From the NCBI GenBank assembly GCA_038087875.1, contig CM075990.1, positions 14,076,001 through 14,140,000 of the forward strand: a DNA stretch of 64,000 bases, read 5' to 3'. How positions within the stretch are numbered: the stretch's first letter is position 1; each line of letters opens with the position of its first letter. Under the pieces are notes generated by a model, which did no database searches, was not told the origin of the DNA, and was given only the letters and a program-made list of their open reading frames with translations. Of this stretch, positions 40,371 to 53,417 are shown piece after piece. The position numbers were made by a program, and so were the translations under genes. The DNA is from Malacoraja senta (Eukaryota).

Positions 40371-40553
40371 AAGGCAGACAAATGCTGGAGAAACTCAGCG
40401 GGACAGGCAGCATCTCTGGATAGAAGGAATGGGTGACACTTCAGCCCAAAACGTCACCCATTCCTCTCCAGAGATGCTGCCCGTCCCGCTGAGTTACTCC
40501 AGCATTTTGTGTCTATCTTCAGTGTAAACCAGCATCTGCAGTTCCTTCCGACA
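40371..40553. mobile_element. Penelope-derived fold-back insertion
   Basis: 11-bp TSD GTATCATACTG (40360-40370 and 40554-40564). Confidence 0.8.
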
Positions 40554-41926
40554 GTATCATACTGTTTGGTACTTGGGCCCCCAATATTCATAATTTCCAT
40601 CAGTGATTTGACTGGAAGAACCAAATGTCAGATATTCATAATTTGTCGATGATCCAATAGGGCTTCCTCCAGGTGTTCTGGCTTCCTGTCATATCCCAGA
40701 GATGATTAGGTTGGTGGACTAATTGGTCTTTGTGTGTAGGTGAGTACGATAATCTGCAGGTTGATGGAAATGTGGTGAGAATAAAATGGTTTTCGGATAG
40801 GATTAGTGTAAATTGGTGCTTGGTGGCAGCATGTATTTGGTGGGCCAAAGGGCCCGTTTCCATGCTGTATCACTCCCTAAACTCTTTGGTTGATATAATG
40901 TGGATGAAAGGGCCATTGAGGAATCTGCACAATGAGCATAAGTATTCAGGCTGAAGAAGGGTCTCAACCCAAAAACGTCGCCCATTCCTTCTCTCCAGAG
41001 ATGCTGCCTGTCCCGCTGAGTTACTCCAGCATTTTGTGTCTATCATAAGTATTTCATCTATTGGGATGCAAGTTATTAGATTCATTGGAATTGAAATTCA
41101 AAGTATTTAATCCATAGCAATTCAATATAATAAAAATAATAGTTAAGATTTTGATTGAGAGTATAGACAATGGCAACATTTGGAAACAGCTTTGATTCAG
41201 TTAAAGTTATTGCTTAAGTTAGACACTGACATGCAATAAATACCATAACTAATGTTGCTGTATCATAATTGAAGCTACCTGGTGGAGATTTATTATTTGA
41301 CAATCAAAAAGAATACAAAAGAAGATTTAAAAATCAGAGATGTTTCAGCCGATTGCTCAGAGAATTAGCGTCTTGTGATAAAAAAAAACAGAGGAAATCT
41401 AACTGCCATCCTACCTGGGGAAAAAACCCTGACTGAGGACCTGGATTTATTACTGATGATCTGTTGGGTGAGAACATCAGATAGATTTATTGACTTAACT
41501 TTGATAGATGTGGAAAGCAAGGACCCTGAATGGCAATATAATCTGATACAGCATCCTCTCATATGATTAACGGGAGGTAATTGAAGCAACCGACTAAACA
41601 TAAGATTCCTCTGGGTCCCACAGCTAGAAGGCTTTTGCACTGAAGTTATTATCTACTTGAAATGGAATTCTTAACTTTATTATGCTAATGGCTGCTATCA
41701 TGACAGATCCCCATTAAAATCATATTTCAAAGTATTGCTATTATAGTTAATATAATTGTAATGTGGTGCTGATTGGCCATGTACGCCCTACGCTGAAACA
41801 CTTTGGATAATGACTATCTTAACTCAACTCTTTTCATAACTCTAACAGTGCCCCAATTAGTGGAATGGCCACAAATGTTTAAAGAAGGAACCAGAGGATA
41901 TCACAACACAGACATTGTAATTATTC

Positions 41927-42139
41927 ATGTAGGAAGGAACTGCAGATGCTGGTTTACACTGAAGGTAGACAGAAAATGCTGGAGTAACAGTCAGATTCTC
42001 TGGATAGAAGGAATGGGTGACGTTTCGGGACAAAACCCTTCTTCAGGCTGAAGAAAGGTCTCGACCCGAAACGTTACCCATTCCTTCAATCCAGAGATGC
42101 TGCCTGTCCCGCTGAATAACTCCAGCATTTTCTATCTAT
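41927..42139. mobile_element. Penelope-derived fold-back insertion
   Basis: TSD CATTGTAATTATTC / CATTGTGATTATTC (41913-41926 and 42140-42153). Core CTGAAGA...GAAACGTT at 42048. Confidence 0.8.
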
Positions 42140-43139
42140 CATTGTGATTATTCCATCCATTTGGAATTACCTTCCTACCTCCCAAATACTTCCCTGTTAC
42201 CCTGCAAGGAAGGATTGTGTCTGTGGCGTGCCAGAATTAACAGTTTTTTTCATTTAGCTCTATCAAAAGTTGTTAAAATTTTGAATCTTTCAATCAAATC
42301 CTCTCCTTAGTTTATCTCAAACTAGCTTCTTTATTCTCTCAACATAGCTTAAAAATACAGCAATATATTTGTTCAGTTACTGGGCAACATCCAAAGGTCT
42401 GGACCATTCATCCATAGACATGAGTTTGAATCCCATCATGGCACCTAGGAACTATACAATGAAGTAATGTAAAAAATCAGGTATTGTATCCATGCAAATA
42501 CTGGATTGCATTAAAATCTATCTGTTACATCAAGATACAAGGAAGGAAAATGTAGACACAAGGAACTGCAGATACTGATTAACAAAAAAAAAGATATAAA
42601 GTGCTAGAGTAACTCTGCTGGTCAGTCAGCATCTCTGGAAAACATGGATAAATGATGTTTCGGGTTGGTGCCCATCCATCAGTCAGCATCTCTGGAGAAC
42701 ATGGATAGGAGACGTTTCAGTTCAGGACCCTTCAAGGTCCTGACTCAAAACATTATCTAACCATGTTCTCCATAGATGCTGCCTGACCAGCTGAGTTACT
42801 CTGACATTTTGTGTCTTGTTTTGCTGCAAGGAAGGAAATATAGTTCCCCCGTCTGATAATAAACGAAAAAAATGTCGAGAATACACAACAGGTCAGCCAG
42901 CTTCTGTGGGAAGAGGAACATAGTTAATGCTTCAGGTCCATGAGCTGTTATCTCCATGGATGCTGTCTGACCTGCTGAGTGTATCCAACATTTTATTTTG
43001 TTTTATTTTAGAATTCCAGCATCCTATAGTTTCCGTACCAGATTTGGCCTTTGGTTCTGACTCTGGACCCACCAACATGATTAACTCTTAATTGCCTCCA
43101 CAGTTTAGGGGTAAATAGTTTAGTTTAGTTTATTAACGT

Positions 43140-43425
43140 CATGTGTGCAGAGGATGATTTGGCACTTATCCTCACCGATTGTGGTCTGCTGGTCAGGAAG
43201 TCGAGGATCCATTTGCAGAGCGGTGTGCTAACTCAAAGTTCCATGAGTTTGGAGATGAGCTTAGGTGGGATAATGGTATCGAAAGCAGAGGCAGCATCTA
43301 TGTATGGTCTGACGCGGATGTCCTTCCCATCCAGGTGTTCCAGGGATGAATGAAGAGCCAGGGAGATGGCATCAGCCATGCACCTGTTGTGCTGGTAGGC
43401 GAACTGCAGTGGATCAAGGCTGCTA
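43140..43425 (-). mobile_element. Rex1-like RT fragment
   Basis: [10 protein letters not shown]...[13 protein letters not shown]...[12 protein letters not shown]. Confidence 0.8.
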
Positions 43426-44116
43426 GGTAGGCAGCATGATCTGAAGATGTTTAAATCCCACCCTGGGATGGACAATGGATGCTGGCATTGGAATTGATAA
43501 TAAGGTCATCCCCGTGACGAAGAAGTCCCTTATTCCAATTACCTATCTTCATAACTAGGCCACTGCAAAGTCTTTGATGTCCATTCCAATGGTGTAACAT
43601 CCCATATTATGGGCTAAGCTCTAACCAGTTTCTAATCAGTGGTTTATAAAGGTTTTATGCAATGTCGTCGTTTTATTGCTCAGTGTTAATAGCCCTGCTA
43701 GGATCATCATAGGGACTAATACTTAGATGTCCTCCTTGTGAGTTGCCACCGGATATTGCAGCAGGTTTAATGCCATTGAAAAAATGCTTTTGCATTCAAA
43801 ATGTTCACCTTCTCCTTGGAAGATTTGCCTGCAGCAACATTTTAAAAATAGAAGTGGCGCAAATGAGATTCGACAAGTCCCCATTCAACAGAATGATTGT
43901 AAGTTTGTGCAAGGCAATTACTGTTCTGTGTATTACATGGATCAGAATTGAGCATGTAGTGTGAATCAATACCGTGCAATGTTCTCCTCACCCAACTATG
44001 AAAGTAATGCCGAAAACCCCCCAATCTATTAGATGCTGGAATGGGAAATAAAAAGAGAAATTTAACCGTTGGTGTATCAAAATAGATTATGACATGGCCG
44101 CAAAATTCAGCAAAAA

Positions 44117-44959
44117 ATACAACATATACATCAATGCTCGTTAAATGCCAGGCATGCTTTAATACAATTTAACGTCTTACACAGATTACATTACTCCAAA
44201 ATAAAACTAAATAGAATCTTCCCACATATTTCTCCTATATGTGATAAATGCCTGCATCTAGAGGCCAATTTAACACATACTTTTGCAAATTGTATAAAAA
44301 TTAAAAATTTCTGGACTGATATTTTCGAAATAATTTCTGAAGTTGTTAATACTAAATTGGCTCCAGACTCAAAATTAATAATACTTGGGATATCAGAACA
44401 AAGTTTAACACTCACAACAAGCCAAAGAAACTTCCTCGACTACAGTATAATAACTGGGGAAAAATTAATATTAAAATTTTGGAAAGGCCCTACAACCCCC
44501 ACAATTAAAATGTGGATTGTGGAAATGTCGGAGACCCTACATCTAGAAAGAATTAGACTTGTCTTAATGGACAAGCAAGAACTTTTTGTTAAAATATGGG
44601 CTCCATTCATTACCTATTTGAAGGGATAGAGTGGCCCAGCGCGAAAACCCAACTGAAACTTGAACTCAGGATTAGATGTAAAATTATATTTCATAACCTA
44701 CGAACTTATCTCCAATGACGTATTATAAGTAACTCATTCCACCTCTTTTTCTTTTTTGATATTTGTAATTCTTCTTTCTCTCTATTTCTCTTTTTCTATC
44801 TATACAATAAAAAAAACACTAGAAGAAGAATTAATTGACAATTGACAAATTTAATAATGAATGAGTGATTGATGTATATGAAAAGGTTTTTTTTCCTATT
44901 ATAATATGTTACTCTACCTTATAATATGTTTGCTTCTAATAAAAAAATTATTAAAAATA
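44117..44959 (+). mobile_element. L1-clade LINE, 5'-truncated
   Basis: Open frame ~44126-44629: ARHALIQFNVLHRLHYSK...CDKCLHLEANLTHTFANC (CCHC knuckle)...KIWAPFITYL*. A-rich tail and 15-bp TSD AAAATTCAGCAAAAA (44102-44116 and 44960-44974). Confidence 0.9.
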
Positions 44960-45744
44960 AAAATTCAGCAAAAAGATGGTGGCATATCAAATTCATGGGT
45001 GATAGAAGTAGAATTAGGCCATTCGGCCCATCAAGTCTACTCCGCTATTCAATCATGGCTGATCTATCTCTCCCTCCTAACCTCAGTAGGGAAATATGTA
45101 AATTCAATGAATAAATTCACTATTTAGTAACCCTGAACCCTGACATCATGATCTGAAGATGTTCAAATCACACCCTGGATTAAATTTAGTGGGCAGACTA
45201 ATCTGAAGTAAAGACTGCAATCAGGAGAGGTGAATTTAAAACTACTTAAACTACATAAAAACAAATCTAGTTCCATAATGCCCTCGAGGGAAGGACTTCT
45301 GTTGTCCTCTGTATGATGCCAACCACAACACTAACTCTGAAATGCTGTCAGTTGCACCAAACATGATGCAAACATACTGGAAGAATACAACTGGCTGGAC
45401 CTGACATTGATTCAGACATGATAAAGTATTGTCCGGCCTTGTTCACTCTGCTAACTGATGTCAATCAGTCTGAAAAAGAGTCTCGACCCGAAACATCACC
45501 CACTCCTTCTCTACAGAGATGCTGCCTGTCCCGCTGAGTTACTCCAGAATGTTGTGTCTACCTCCAAGTTAGGAGAGCTGACCCAGCCAGTGATCTTACT
45601 GAACTGCCTGATATCAAATCATAGCTTTTGGGCAATGTACCATTCCATTCTTCCATCTAGATCTCTAATCAGAGGTGATGAAATAGTGGCCCCAGAGACA
45701 GAGTTCCTCAATATTGAATCTGGATCCTATGAAGTCTCAAGGCG

Positions 45745-46242
45745 AAGATAGACACAAAAAGCTGGAGTAACTCAGCGGGACAGGCAGTATCTCTGGAGAA
45801 GGATAGGGTGACGTTTCGGGTCGAGACCCTTCTTCAGACTGGTTAGGGATAAGGGAAATGAGAGATATAGACGGTGATGTGGAGAAATAAAGAACAATGA
45901 ATGAAAGATATGCAAAAAAGTAATGATGATAAAGGAAACTGCCATTGTTAGCTGTTTGTAGGGTGAAAATGAGAAGCTGGTGCGACTTGGGTGGGGGAGG
46001 GATAGAGAGAGAGGGAATACTAGGGCTACCTGGTGAGAGAAATCAATATTCATACCACTGGGCTGTAAGCTGCCCAAGCGAAATATGAGATGCTATTCCT
46101 CCAATTTGCGTTTAGCCTCACTCTGATAACGGAGGAGAACTAGGACAGAAAGGTCTGTGTAGGAATGGGAAGGAGAATGAAAATGTCCAGCAACAAGAAG
46201 ATCAGGTAGGTTCAGGTGGGCTGCGCGAAGGTGTTCCGCGAA
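45745..46242 (-). mobile_element. Penelope-like element 3' fragment: GIY-YIG endonuclease C-terminus plus 3' UTR/pLTR
   Basis: Minus strand reads FAEHLRAAHLNLPDLLVAGHFHSPSHSYTDLSVL...EAKRKLEE*HLIFRLGSLQPSGMNIDF, the typical PLE GIY-YIG tail, followed by the hammerhead-bearing repeat found throughout the window. Confidence 0.88.
45807..45840 (-). ncRNA. Minimal type I hammerhead ribozyme-like motif in Penelope 3' region
   Basis: agt-CTGAAGA-A-GGGTC-TC-GACCC-GAAA-CG-TC-acc: CUGANGA and GAAA boxes, stem II, palindromic ACGT at stem III and a UC cleavage triplet end. Stem I is very short. Confidence 0.6.
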
Positions 46243-47397
46243 GGGTCAAACACGATTAAATCGCCTGCTGATTGCCATCTACTCAGTTGATGAATCCCAA
46301 CACATTTGAAGAAGCATTAAGAAGAGACTCCAATGTGATGGAAAAAACTGTGTGAATGGATGAACCATCTTCGCTTCTACAATTATTTTCATAAAAATGA
46401 AAATTACTGAGGCAATTCACCAGTTGGGGCAGCATCTTTGGGGAACATGGATAAGTGACCCTTCTTCAGACCCGCTAAAGTACTAACCTGGAATGTCACA
46501 TATCCATGTTCTCAAGACATGCTGACTGACCCGCTGAGTTACTCCAGAGGGTCAGGTAGACATCTCATCCAAAGGGTCGGGTAGACATCTCATCCAAACA
46601 CTAATGGATGAGAGTATCCAAAAGAAATCAAAGCAAATTTTAATTCAACATTTTTTTTCCTTTGGACTAATCCTGAGGTATCAATCCTCAAATCCTGGAA
46701 GAGCAAAGGAATTCTTACAGGATGGTACCAAGGCTGTAAAGAGGAAGTGGCAGCAACATCCAAATAGCAACAGTCATTGCATTAGGTTAGACATTGCCAC
46801 CTGCAGGCGCATAGAAGTGCTGCAGGATATTTGGAAATGCTGTGAAAATATATGTCAAATGCATTCACTATCCATCACCAGAAGCAGGTCCTGTGAGTGT
46901 CTTTTTTTACACAGTTAAAGAAAAAGAAAACCACTCTGTTTATTTCAGAGGTGAAGCTACGATTTACTGAACTGAATCTCTTTGAGAGTATTTTAAAGAC
47001 AGAAGATGTCTGGGTTGTGATTGCAGCCGACAAAATATTGGTCTTCTGGAGAAAGAGGTTACGTTTAAGGTGCAGCCTTTATTTCATGGCTGGAAGGTTC
47101 TTTACTTTCTCCAACACAGGGCAAAAATCCAGATGGACATCACATTAGCAACAGAGTGATCATTTCCCCTCCTTCTGCGTTTAGACCCTTCAAGTGAATT
47201 GTTTATGAAGTTGCAGCTGAAGGTGGAATCCTGGTGGATAATGGGGAGTGACACCAACTGCACAAATCAAAGCCCATCTGTATCCGGGGCACGGCAATTA
47301 GTCACAATCACCTGTACTGGCTGTTTGACTGGTACAAATGCAACTCTCAGCCAATGAAAGATGCATTCCCTATTAGATGTGAGGCTGAGATTTTTTT

Positions 47398-47645
47398 GTT
47401 TAGTTTATTGTCACGTGTACCGAGGTACAGTGAAAAGCTTTTGTTGCGTGCTTTCCAGTTCAGCGGAAAGGCAATACATGAATACAATCGAGCCATTTAC
47501 AGTGTATAGACACATGATGAGCGAATAACGTTTAGTGCAAGGTAAAGCCAGTAAAGTCCGATCAAGGATAGTCCGAGGGTCACCAATGAGGTAGATAGTA
47601 GTTCAGGAGTGCTCTCTAGTTGTGGTAAGATGGTTCAATTGACTG
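47398..47645 (-). mobile_element. Rex1 3' UTR fragment
   Basis: Reverse complement of the 15680-16280 UTR without the nested insertion. Confidence 0.8.
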
Positions 47646-48067
47646 ATTACAACTGGGTGGATGTATCATTGTGCACATCTCTGAGCGTCTGTGTATTGGT
47701 ATCTGAGATATTATGTTTGTGTCTGAGTTTGGTCGTGTCTACAACTGTATGTGTGTTTGTGTCATGGAGTGTGTCTGACAGAGACTGTGTGGAAGATTGT
47801 GTGTCTGTGTCTGAGAGAATATATGTCTGAGATTGTGTGTGTGTGCTTGTGTCCAATTCCGTTCGGATTATTTTTCTTCTAGTTGACATTCCCTGGCCAA
47901 AGATTAATCCCCGAGAGACTGGAGACTGGAACCATTGGGAAAGTCTGTGTTGTTTAGGAAGCTGGGTGTAGGAAGTGATGAGACTCATCACTAGACCCCA
48001 CTGAATGGGATTGTAACCTGTGGTTCTCAATATGGCAAGCAGTGTTCCTGTTCACCTTTAACACACC

Positions 48068-48085
48068 AGCACCATCTGGTGGCCA
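48068..48085 (-). promoter_or_regulatory. Candidate CTCF site
   Basis: TGGCCACCAGATGGTGCT, close to the consensus TGGCCACCAG(G/A)(G/T)GGCGCT. Motif match only. Confidence 0.4.
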
Positions 48086-49864
48086 AAGATTTTGACTAGG
48101 GAACACAAAATGCTAGAGTAACCCAACGGGTCAGGAAGCATCTCTGGAGAACATGGATAGGTGATGTCTCAGGTCAGGACATGAAACAAGACCTATCCAT
48201 GTTCTCTAGAGATGCTGCCTGACCCATTGAGTTACTCTAGCATTTTGTGTCCTATTGTGTAAACCAGCATCTGTTTGTTTATTCAAACAAAAGTTCATTG
48301 TTTCTACCTTTGAAAGGCAGGGGAGTGGGAGAAAGAGCAGAGTTTGCTCTTTGTCCTTTAGACATCCGCTGTTGTAGGAGCTTAGTAGTTCAGTAAGTGT
48401 CTCTCAGTCTTTGTATCTTTGAGTGCAGGGCTTGCAGTGCAGTTGCATAAGTCTATTACATGAGGGGCAACCTTTTCACTCAGTGGGTGGTGGGTATATG
48501 GAACGAGCTGCCAGAGGAGGTAGTTAAGGCAAGTACTATAACAGCATGTGAAAAGACTCTTGGACAGGTGTATGGACAGGAAAAGGTTAGTTGACACGAG
48601 CCAAAACCAGGCAAAGGGGACCAGCTTAGATGTGATACTGGGCTCTATGAAGTGACATTGGGCTCTATGAAGTGATATGGTGAAATGGTTCCTATTTTTT
48701 CTTAATACTGATTGAGGGAGGTGGGAGTGGTATGCACGGCCAGTAGCATGCCAATCCCTTTGCCCACACACCTAGCCACATCCTCTACCAAATTCAGAAA
48801 AAAATTAAAGCAGACATGGGCTGAGCAAATCTGATTGCAACCACTTTCTTGTTTGGGCCAGTAGAGATTGAATGGCCTATCTCTGTCATTTTTGTACCGA
48901 GGACATGCTATACACAAAACATCACTGCATAATTTCACACAGGCTGAAACATACCCAGTTTATGAAATACACTTTGGACCCATGGTGCCTGCTGTATAAT
49001 TAACAGTCCGAGATTGTGCCACCTCGGTGCTGAAATTCAACACGGGAAGTAAATGGGAAAAAATTCACTCAGAGATCCAATTATCTAATGTAAATTGAAC
49101 AGGTCATCTAACCAGTGGAACGAATGTCATCACAATGATTTAACTGGGCGTAATTTAAGTAACCAAACACAGAGCGACTAGTGGCGGCCCTCAAATAATA
49201 TTTCATTAGCCACTACCCGAAACACCTTCCTGTAGTTCTGTACTCCCTCCTGCCTCGATCTTTTCCTAACCTCTGCAAGAAGACACGAGAGTGATTGAAT
49301 TAGCAATTCGATTTTCTTTAAAAGGCAAATCTATTTTCAGAACATCTCACAGGAACTAAACATACCATGAAGTACTTTTGGTGCATTGTACGGAGCATGG
49401 TAGCCAGGTTGATCACAGAAAGTTCCAAACGTCTTTTGGTGCATTGAGTGGAGGGTAAATATTGTCCAGGAACCGGCCTTTTTTTGTTACGGTATGCACT
49501 GGTATGATGCACCAACAGCGCTAGTTGGTCGTCAGCATGGACTCAATGGGCACACGGTGCCACGACATGTGTGCAGGTGTTTGTTCCAAAGACGGTACCT
49601 GTTGTTCTCACTGTGCACAGATGTTGAGCTTGAGCTGTGCAGGTCTAGTTTTTTCAGAGATACAGTGTGGAACTAGGTCCATGCCGACCATCGATCACCC
49701 ATACACTACTTTTCACATTTTTGCATCCCACACACGAGCGGCAATTTTACAGATGCCAATGAACCTACAAACCTGCACGTCTTTGCAATGTGGGAGGAAA
49801 CCGGAGCACCTGGAGAAAGCCCACAAAGGTCACAGGGGTGAACGTACACAGGTGAGTTTAGAAG

Positions 49865-50251
49865 GATGGGAGGGGATCTCATTGAAACATATAAGATTGT
49901 TAAGGGCTTGGACACGCTAGAGGCAGGAAACATGTTCCCGATGTTGGGGGAGTCCAGAACCAGGGGCCACAGTTTAAGAATAAGGAGTAAGCCATTTAGA
50001 ACGAAGACGAGGAAACACTTTTTCTCACAGAGAGTGGTGAGTCTGTGGAATTCTCTGCCTCGGAGGGCAGTGGAGGCAGGTTCTCTGGATGCTTTCAAGA
50101 GAGAGCTAGATAGGGCTCTTAAAAATAGCGGAGTCAGGGGATATGGGGAGAAGGCAGGAACGGGGTACTGATTGTGGATGATCAGCCATGATCACATTGA
50201 ATGGCGGTGCTGGCTCGAAGGGCCAAATGGCCTACTCCTGCACCTATTGTC
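49865..50251 (+). mobile_element. CR1 LINE 3' fragment inserted in a V-SINE
   Basis: GDLIETYKI...TRGHSL...FFSQRVVSLWNSLP and the CR1 3' UTR. Confidence 0.92.
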
Positions 50252-50294
50252 TAAACTCTGTACAGTAGTCAGGATCGAAACTGTTTTAACCCCA

Positions 50295-50872
50295 GTCCTA
50301 CCTGGTCGGAGATGCGTTTTTCCTCCAAATCGCATCTCCGATCTCCCCATGCGGCCTTCCATCGGGCTGGAGCGGCGTTTCCTGCCGGGGGACCACAGCT
50401 TCGGCGGCACAGCGCTGGGACACCAACAAGGAGCGGGCGATGCCTTGCCGGGTCGCCGCTCCGGAGTGCTGTGACCGCCGACCACCAACATCGAGCAGCC
50501 GCAGCCGCTCCAGACATTTCTAAGCTGCTGAGGACTTTTCCACCCGATGCGGGTGGGCCTATAATCATCGGGCTGCCGTTGTGGCGACTGGCTGCAGTGG
50601 CCTCAAACTGGCCCCGACCTCGGGTGGACTAGGAGGAGGAGGAGGAGGACTGGACATTTTGGTGCCTTCCCTCACAGTGGAGAGTGTAGATTCTACTGTG
50701 GGGGGATGTTCGTGTTGAATTTCTTATAGTGTGTTGTGTCATTTTTTTCTACCTCTTTTTATTATTTATATGGATAGTCTTCCCTGTAAAGCACTTTGGC
50801 TTTTGATTGAAATCGACTGAAAAGTGCTATATAAATAAATTTACTTTACTTTACTTTACTTAACTTTTACTT
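50295..50872 (+). mobile_element. GC-rich non-autonomous retroposon fragment with L2-like tail
   Basis: CpG-rich body, shared hairpin at 50668-50706, tail TGTAAAGCACTTTGG...GTGCTATATAAATAAA(TTACT)n. Confidence 0.7.
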
Positions 50873-51353
50873 AGACTGAATGCACTCTTCCAGCAAAGTG
50901 TCCAATATCCGTTTCTAGGAATTCAAAAGGATGTCGGAATTGCCAAGACTCTCAACTGAAACAATTCAATTTTTCTCGGCACTAGTAAAGTTGTGGCTGC
51001 TAAATTGATCTCAAATTATGTAAGCACGTGTACAATTTGCCAAGGAGACAGGTTTCTCAGTCTTTGGTGTGAAGGAGAAAAAATGGAGACCATTTGACCT
51101 TCACTCAATCATGCTGGCCTCTTGTGCTTCGGGGAGGTGTAGCTGTCAGACTGATGAAACCCATGTTTCAACAGATTGTTCAGTCTTCCAGATTTATGAT
51201 TTGCATTCACAAAACATTACCTGCAGAAGGAGACAAAAGGAAGTGATGATCTGAAAATCTTATCCAAACACAAAGGTACTATCAGAGGAGGGAATGGACA
51301 TTTTGGATTGAAATACTTCTTCATATTAAAACTTTTACCGAGAGGGATTTGTA

Positions 51354-52106
51354 CATAGATACATAGATACATAGAAAATAGGTGCAGGAGTAGGCCATTC
51401 GGCCCTTCGAGCCTGCACCGCCATTCAATACGATCATGGCTGATCATCCAACTCAGTATCCCGTACCTGCCTTCTCCCCATACCCCCTGACCCCTTTAGC
51501 CACAAGGGCCACATCTAATTCCCTCTTAAATATAGCCAATGAACTGGCCTCAACTACCCTCTGTGGCAGAGAGTTCCAGAGATTCACCACTCTCTGTGTG
51601 AAAAAGTTTTTCCTCATCTCGGTCTTAAAGGATTTCCCCCTTATCCTTAAGCTGTGACCCCTTGTCCTGGACTTCCCCAACATCGGGAACAATCTTCCTG
51701 CATCTAGCCTGTCCAACCCCATAAGAATTTTGTACGTTTCTATAAGATCCCCTCTCAATCTCCTAAATTCTAGCGAGTATAAGCCAAGTCTATCCAGTCT
51801 TTCTTCATATGAAAGTCCTGACATCCCAGGAATCAGTCTGGTGAACCTTCTCTGCACTCCCTCTATGGCTATAATGTCCTTCCTCAGATTTGGAGACCAA
51901 AACTGTACGCAATACTCCAGGTGTGGTCTCACCAAGACCCTGTACAACTGCAGTAGAACCTCCCTGCTCCTATACTCAAATCCTCTTGCTATGAAGGCCA
52001 ACATACCATTCGCTTTCTTCACTGCCTGCTGCACCTGCATGCCTACTTTCAATGACTGGTGTACCATGACACCCAGGTCTCGCTGCATCTCCCCATTTCC
52101 TAATCG
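51354..52106 (-). mobile_element. CR1 (HER1-like) LINE, 5'-truncated, young
   Basis: Open frame 51453-52088 (QRDLGVMVH...LYRVLVRPHLEYCVQFWSP...RRLRGDLIETYKI...TRGHSL...FFTQRVVNLWNSLP), followed by the 3' UTR and a CTATGTAT-type tail. Confidence 0.95.
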
Positions 52107-52881
52107 TAAGTGGAGATAGAGTCATAGAATCATATAGCATGGAAACAGGCCCTTCTGCCCAACATCCATGCTGACCATATTGCTGAACTGAGCTAGTCCC
52201 ACTTACAGTCACCTGGCCCATATCCCTCCAATCCTTCCAATCCATGTTGAAATTATATCTGCCATGACCTCCTCCTCTGGTAGCTCATTCTGTATATGCA
52301 CCACCCTCTGAGTAAAAAGGTTGCTCATCATGCCCCTTATAAATCTTTCCCCTCTCACCTTAACTCTTTAAACTCTCCCACCCTAGGGAAAAGTCTATGG
52401 CCATTCATCTTATCTACAACACTTATAAGTGCCAAGGAAAAAAGGAAAAAAAAATCCAGCCTCTCATGATAACCCAAATTCCCCAATCCCAGTATCATCC
52501 TCGTTAATCTTCTTCACACCCTTTCCTTCCCATGGCAGGCGACCTGAACTGTACACAGTAATTCAAATGTGGTCTTACCAACGTCTTGCACAGCTTTAAG
52601 ATGTCTCAACTCATGTACTCACTGCTCTGGCTGATATAGGCAAGCGTGCCAAATGCCTTCTTCACCACCCTGTCTACCTGCATCTCCACTATCATGGAAC
52701 TACATACCTGCAACACGAGGGCTGTTGTTCTTCTGAAAAGCCAAACATCTCTGCTTTTCTTCCAGCCCAAAAATAAAATGAATAATTTTATAAACATGGC
52801 TCTTTGATGTCATCGTAAACCATTTGACAAGGAAACTTTCCATGGTTGTGAAAGTGAATAAAATCTCAGACAAACCTTCCA

Positions 52882-53417
52882 TATAGAAACATAGAAACAT
52901 AGAAATTAGGTGCAGGAGTAGGCCATTCGGCCCTTCGAGCCTGCACCGCCATTCAATATGATCATGGCTGATCATCCAACTCAGTATCCCGTACCTGCCT
53001 TCTCTCCATACCCTCTGATCCCTTTAGCCACAAGGGCCACATCTAACTCCCTCTTAAATATAGCCAATGAACTGGCCTCGACTACCCTCTGTGGCAGAGA
53101 GTTCCAGAGATTCACCACTCTCTGTGTGAAAAAAGTTCTTCTCATCTCGGTTTTAAAGGATTTCCCCCTTATCCTTAAGCTGTGACCCCTTGTCCTGGAC
53201 TTCCCCAACATCGGGAGCAATCTTCCTGCATCTAGCCTGTCCAACCCCTTAAGAATTTTGTAAGTTTCTATAAGATCCCCTCTCAATCTCCTACATTCTA
53301 GAGAGTATAAACCAAGTCTATCCAGTCTTTCTTCATAAGACAGTCCTGACATCCCAGGAATCAGTCTGGTGAACCTTCTCTGCACTCCCTCTATGGCAAT
53401 AATGTCCTTCCTCAGAT
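52882..53417 (-). mobile_element. CR1 LINE, 5'-truncated, same subfamily as 51354-52106
   Basis: ORF 52981-53385 is nearly identical in sequence, with a CTATGTTT-type tail. Confidence 0.95.

Noticed and set aside
46548..46597. 25-bp tandem duplication (also a ~21-bp one at ~48639-48678)
   Set aside because: Ordinary slippage or junction duplications with no further structure.
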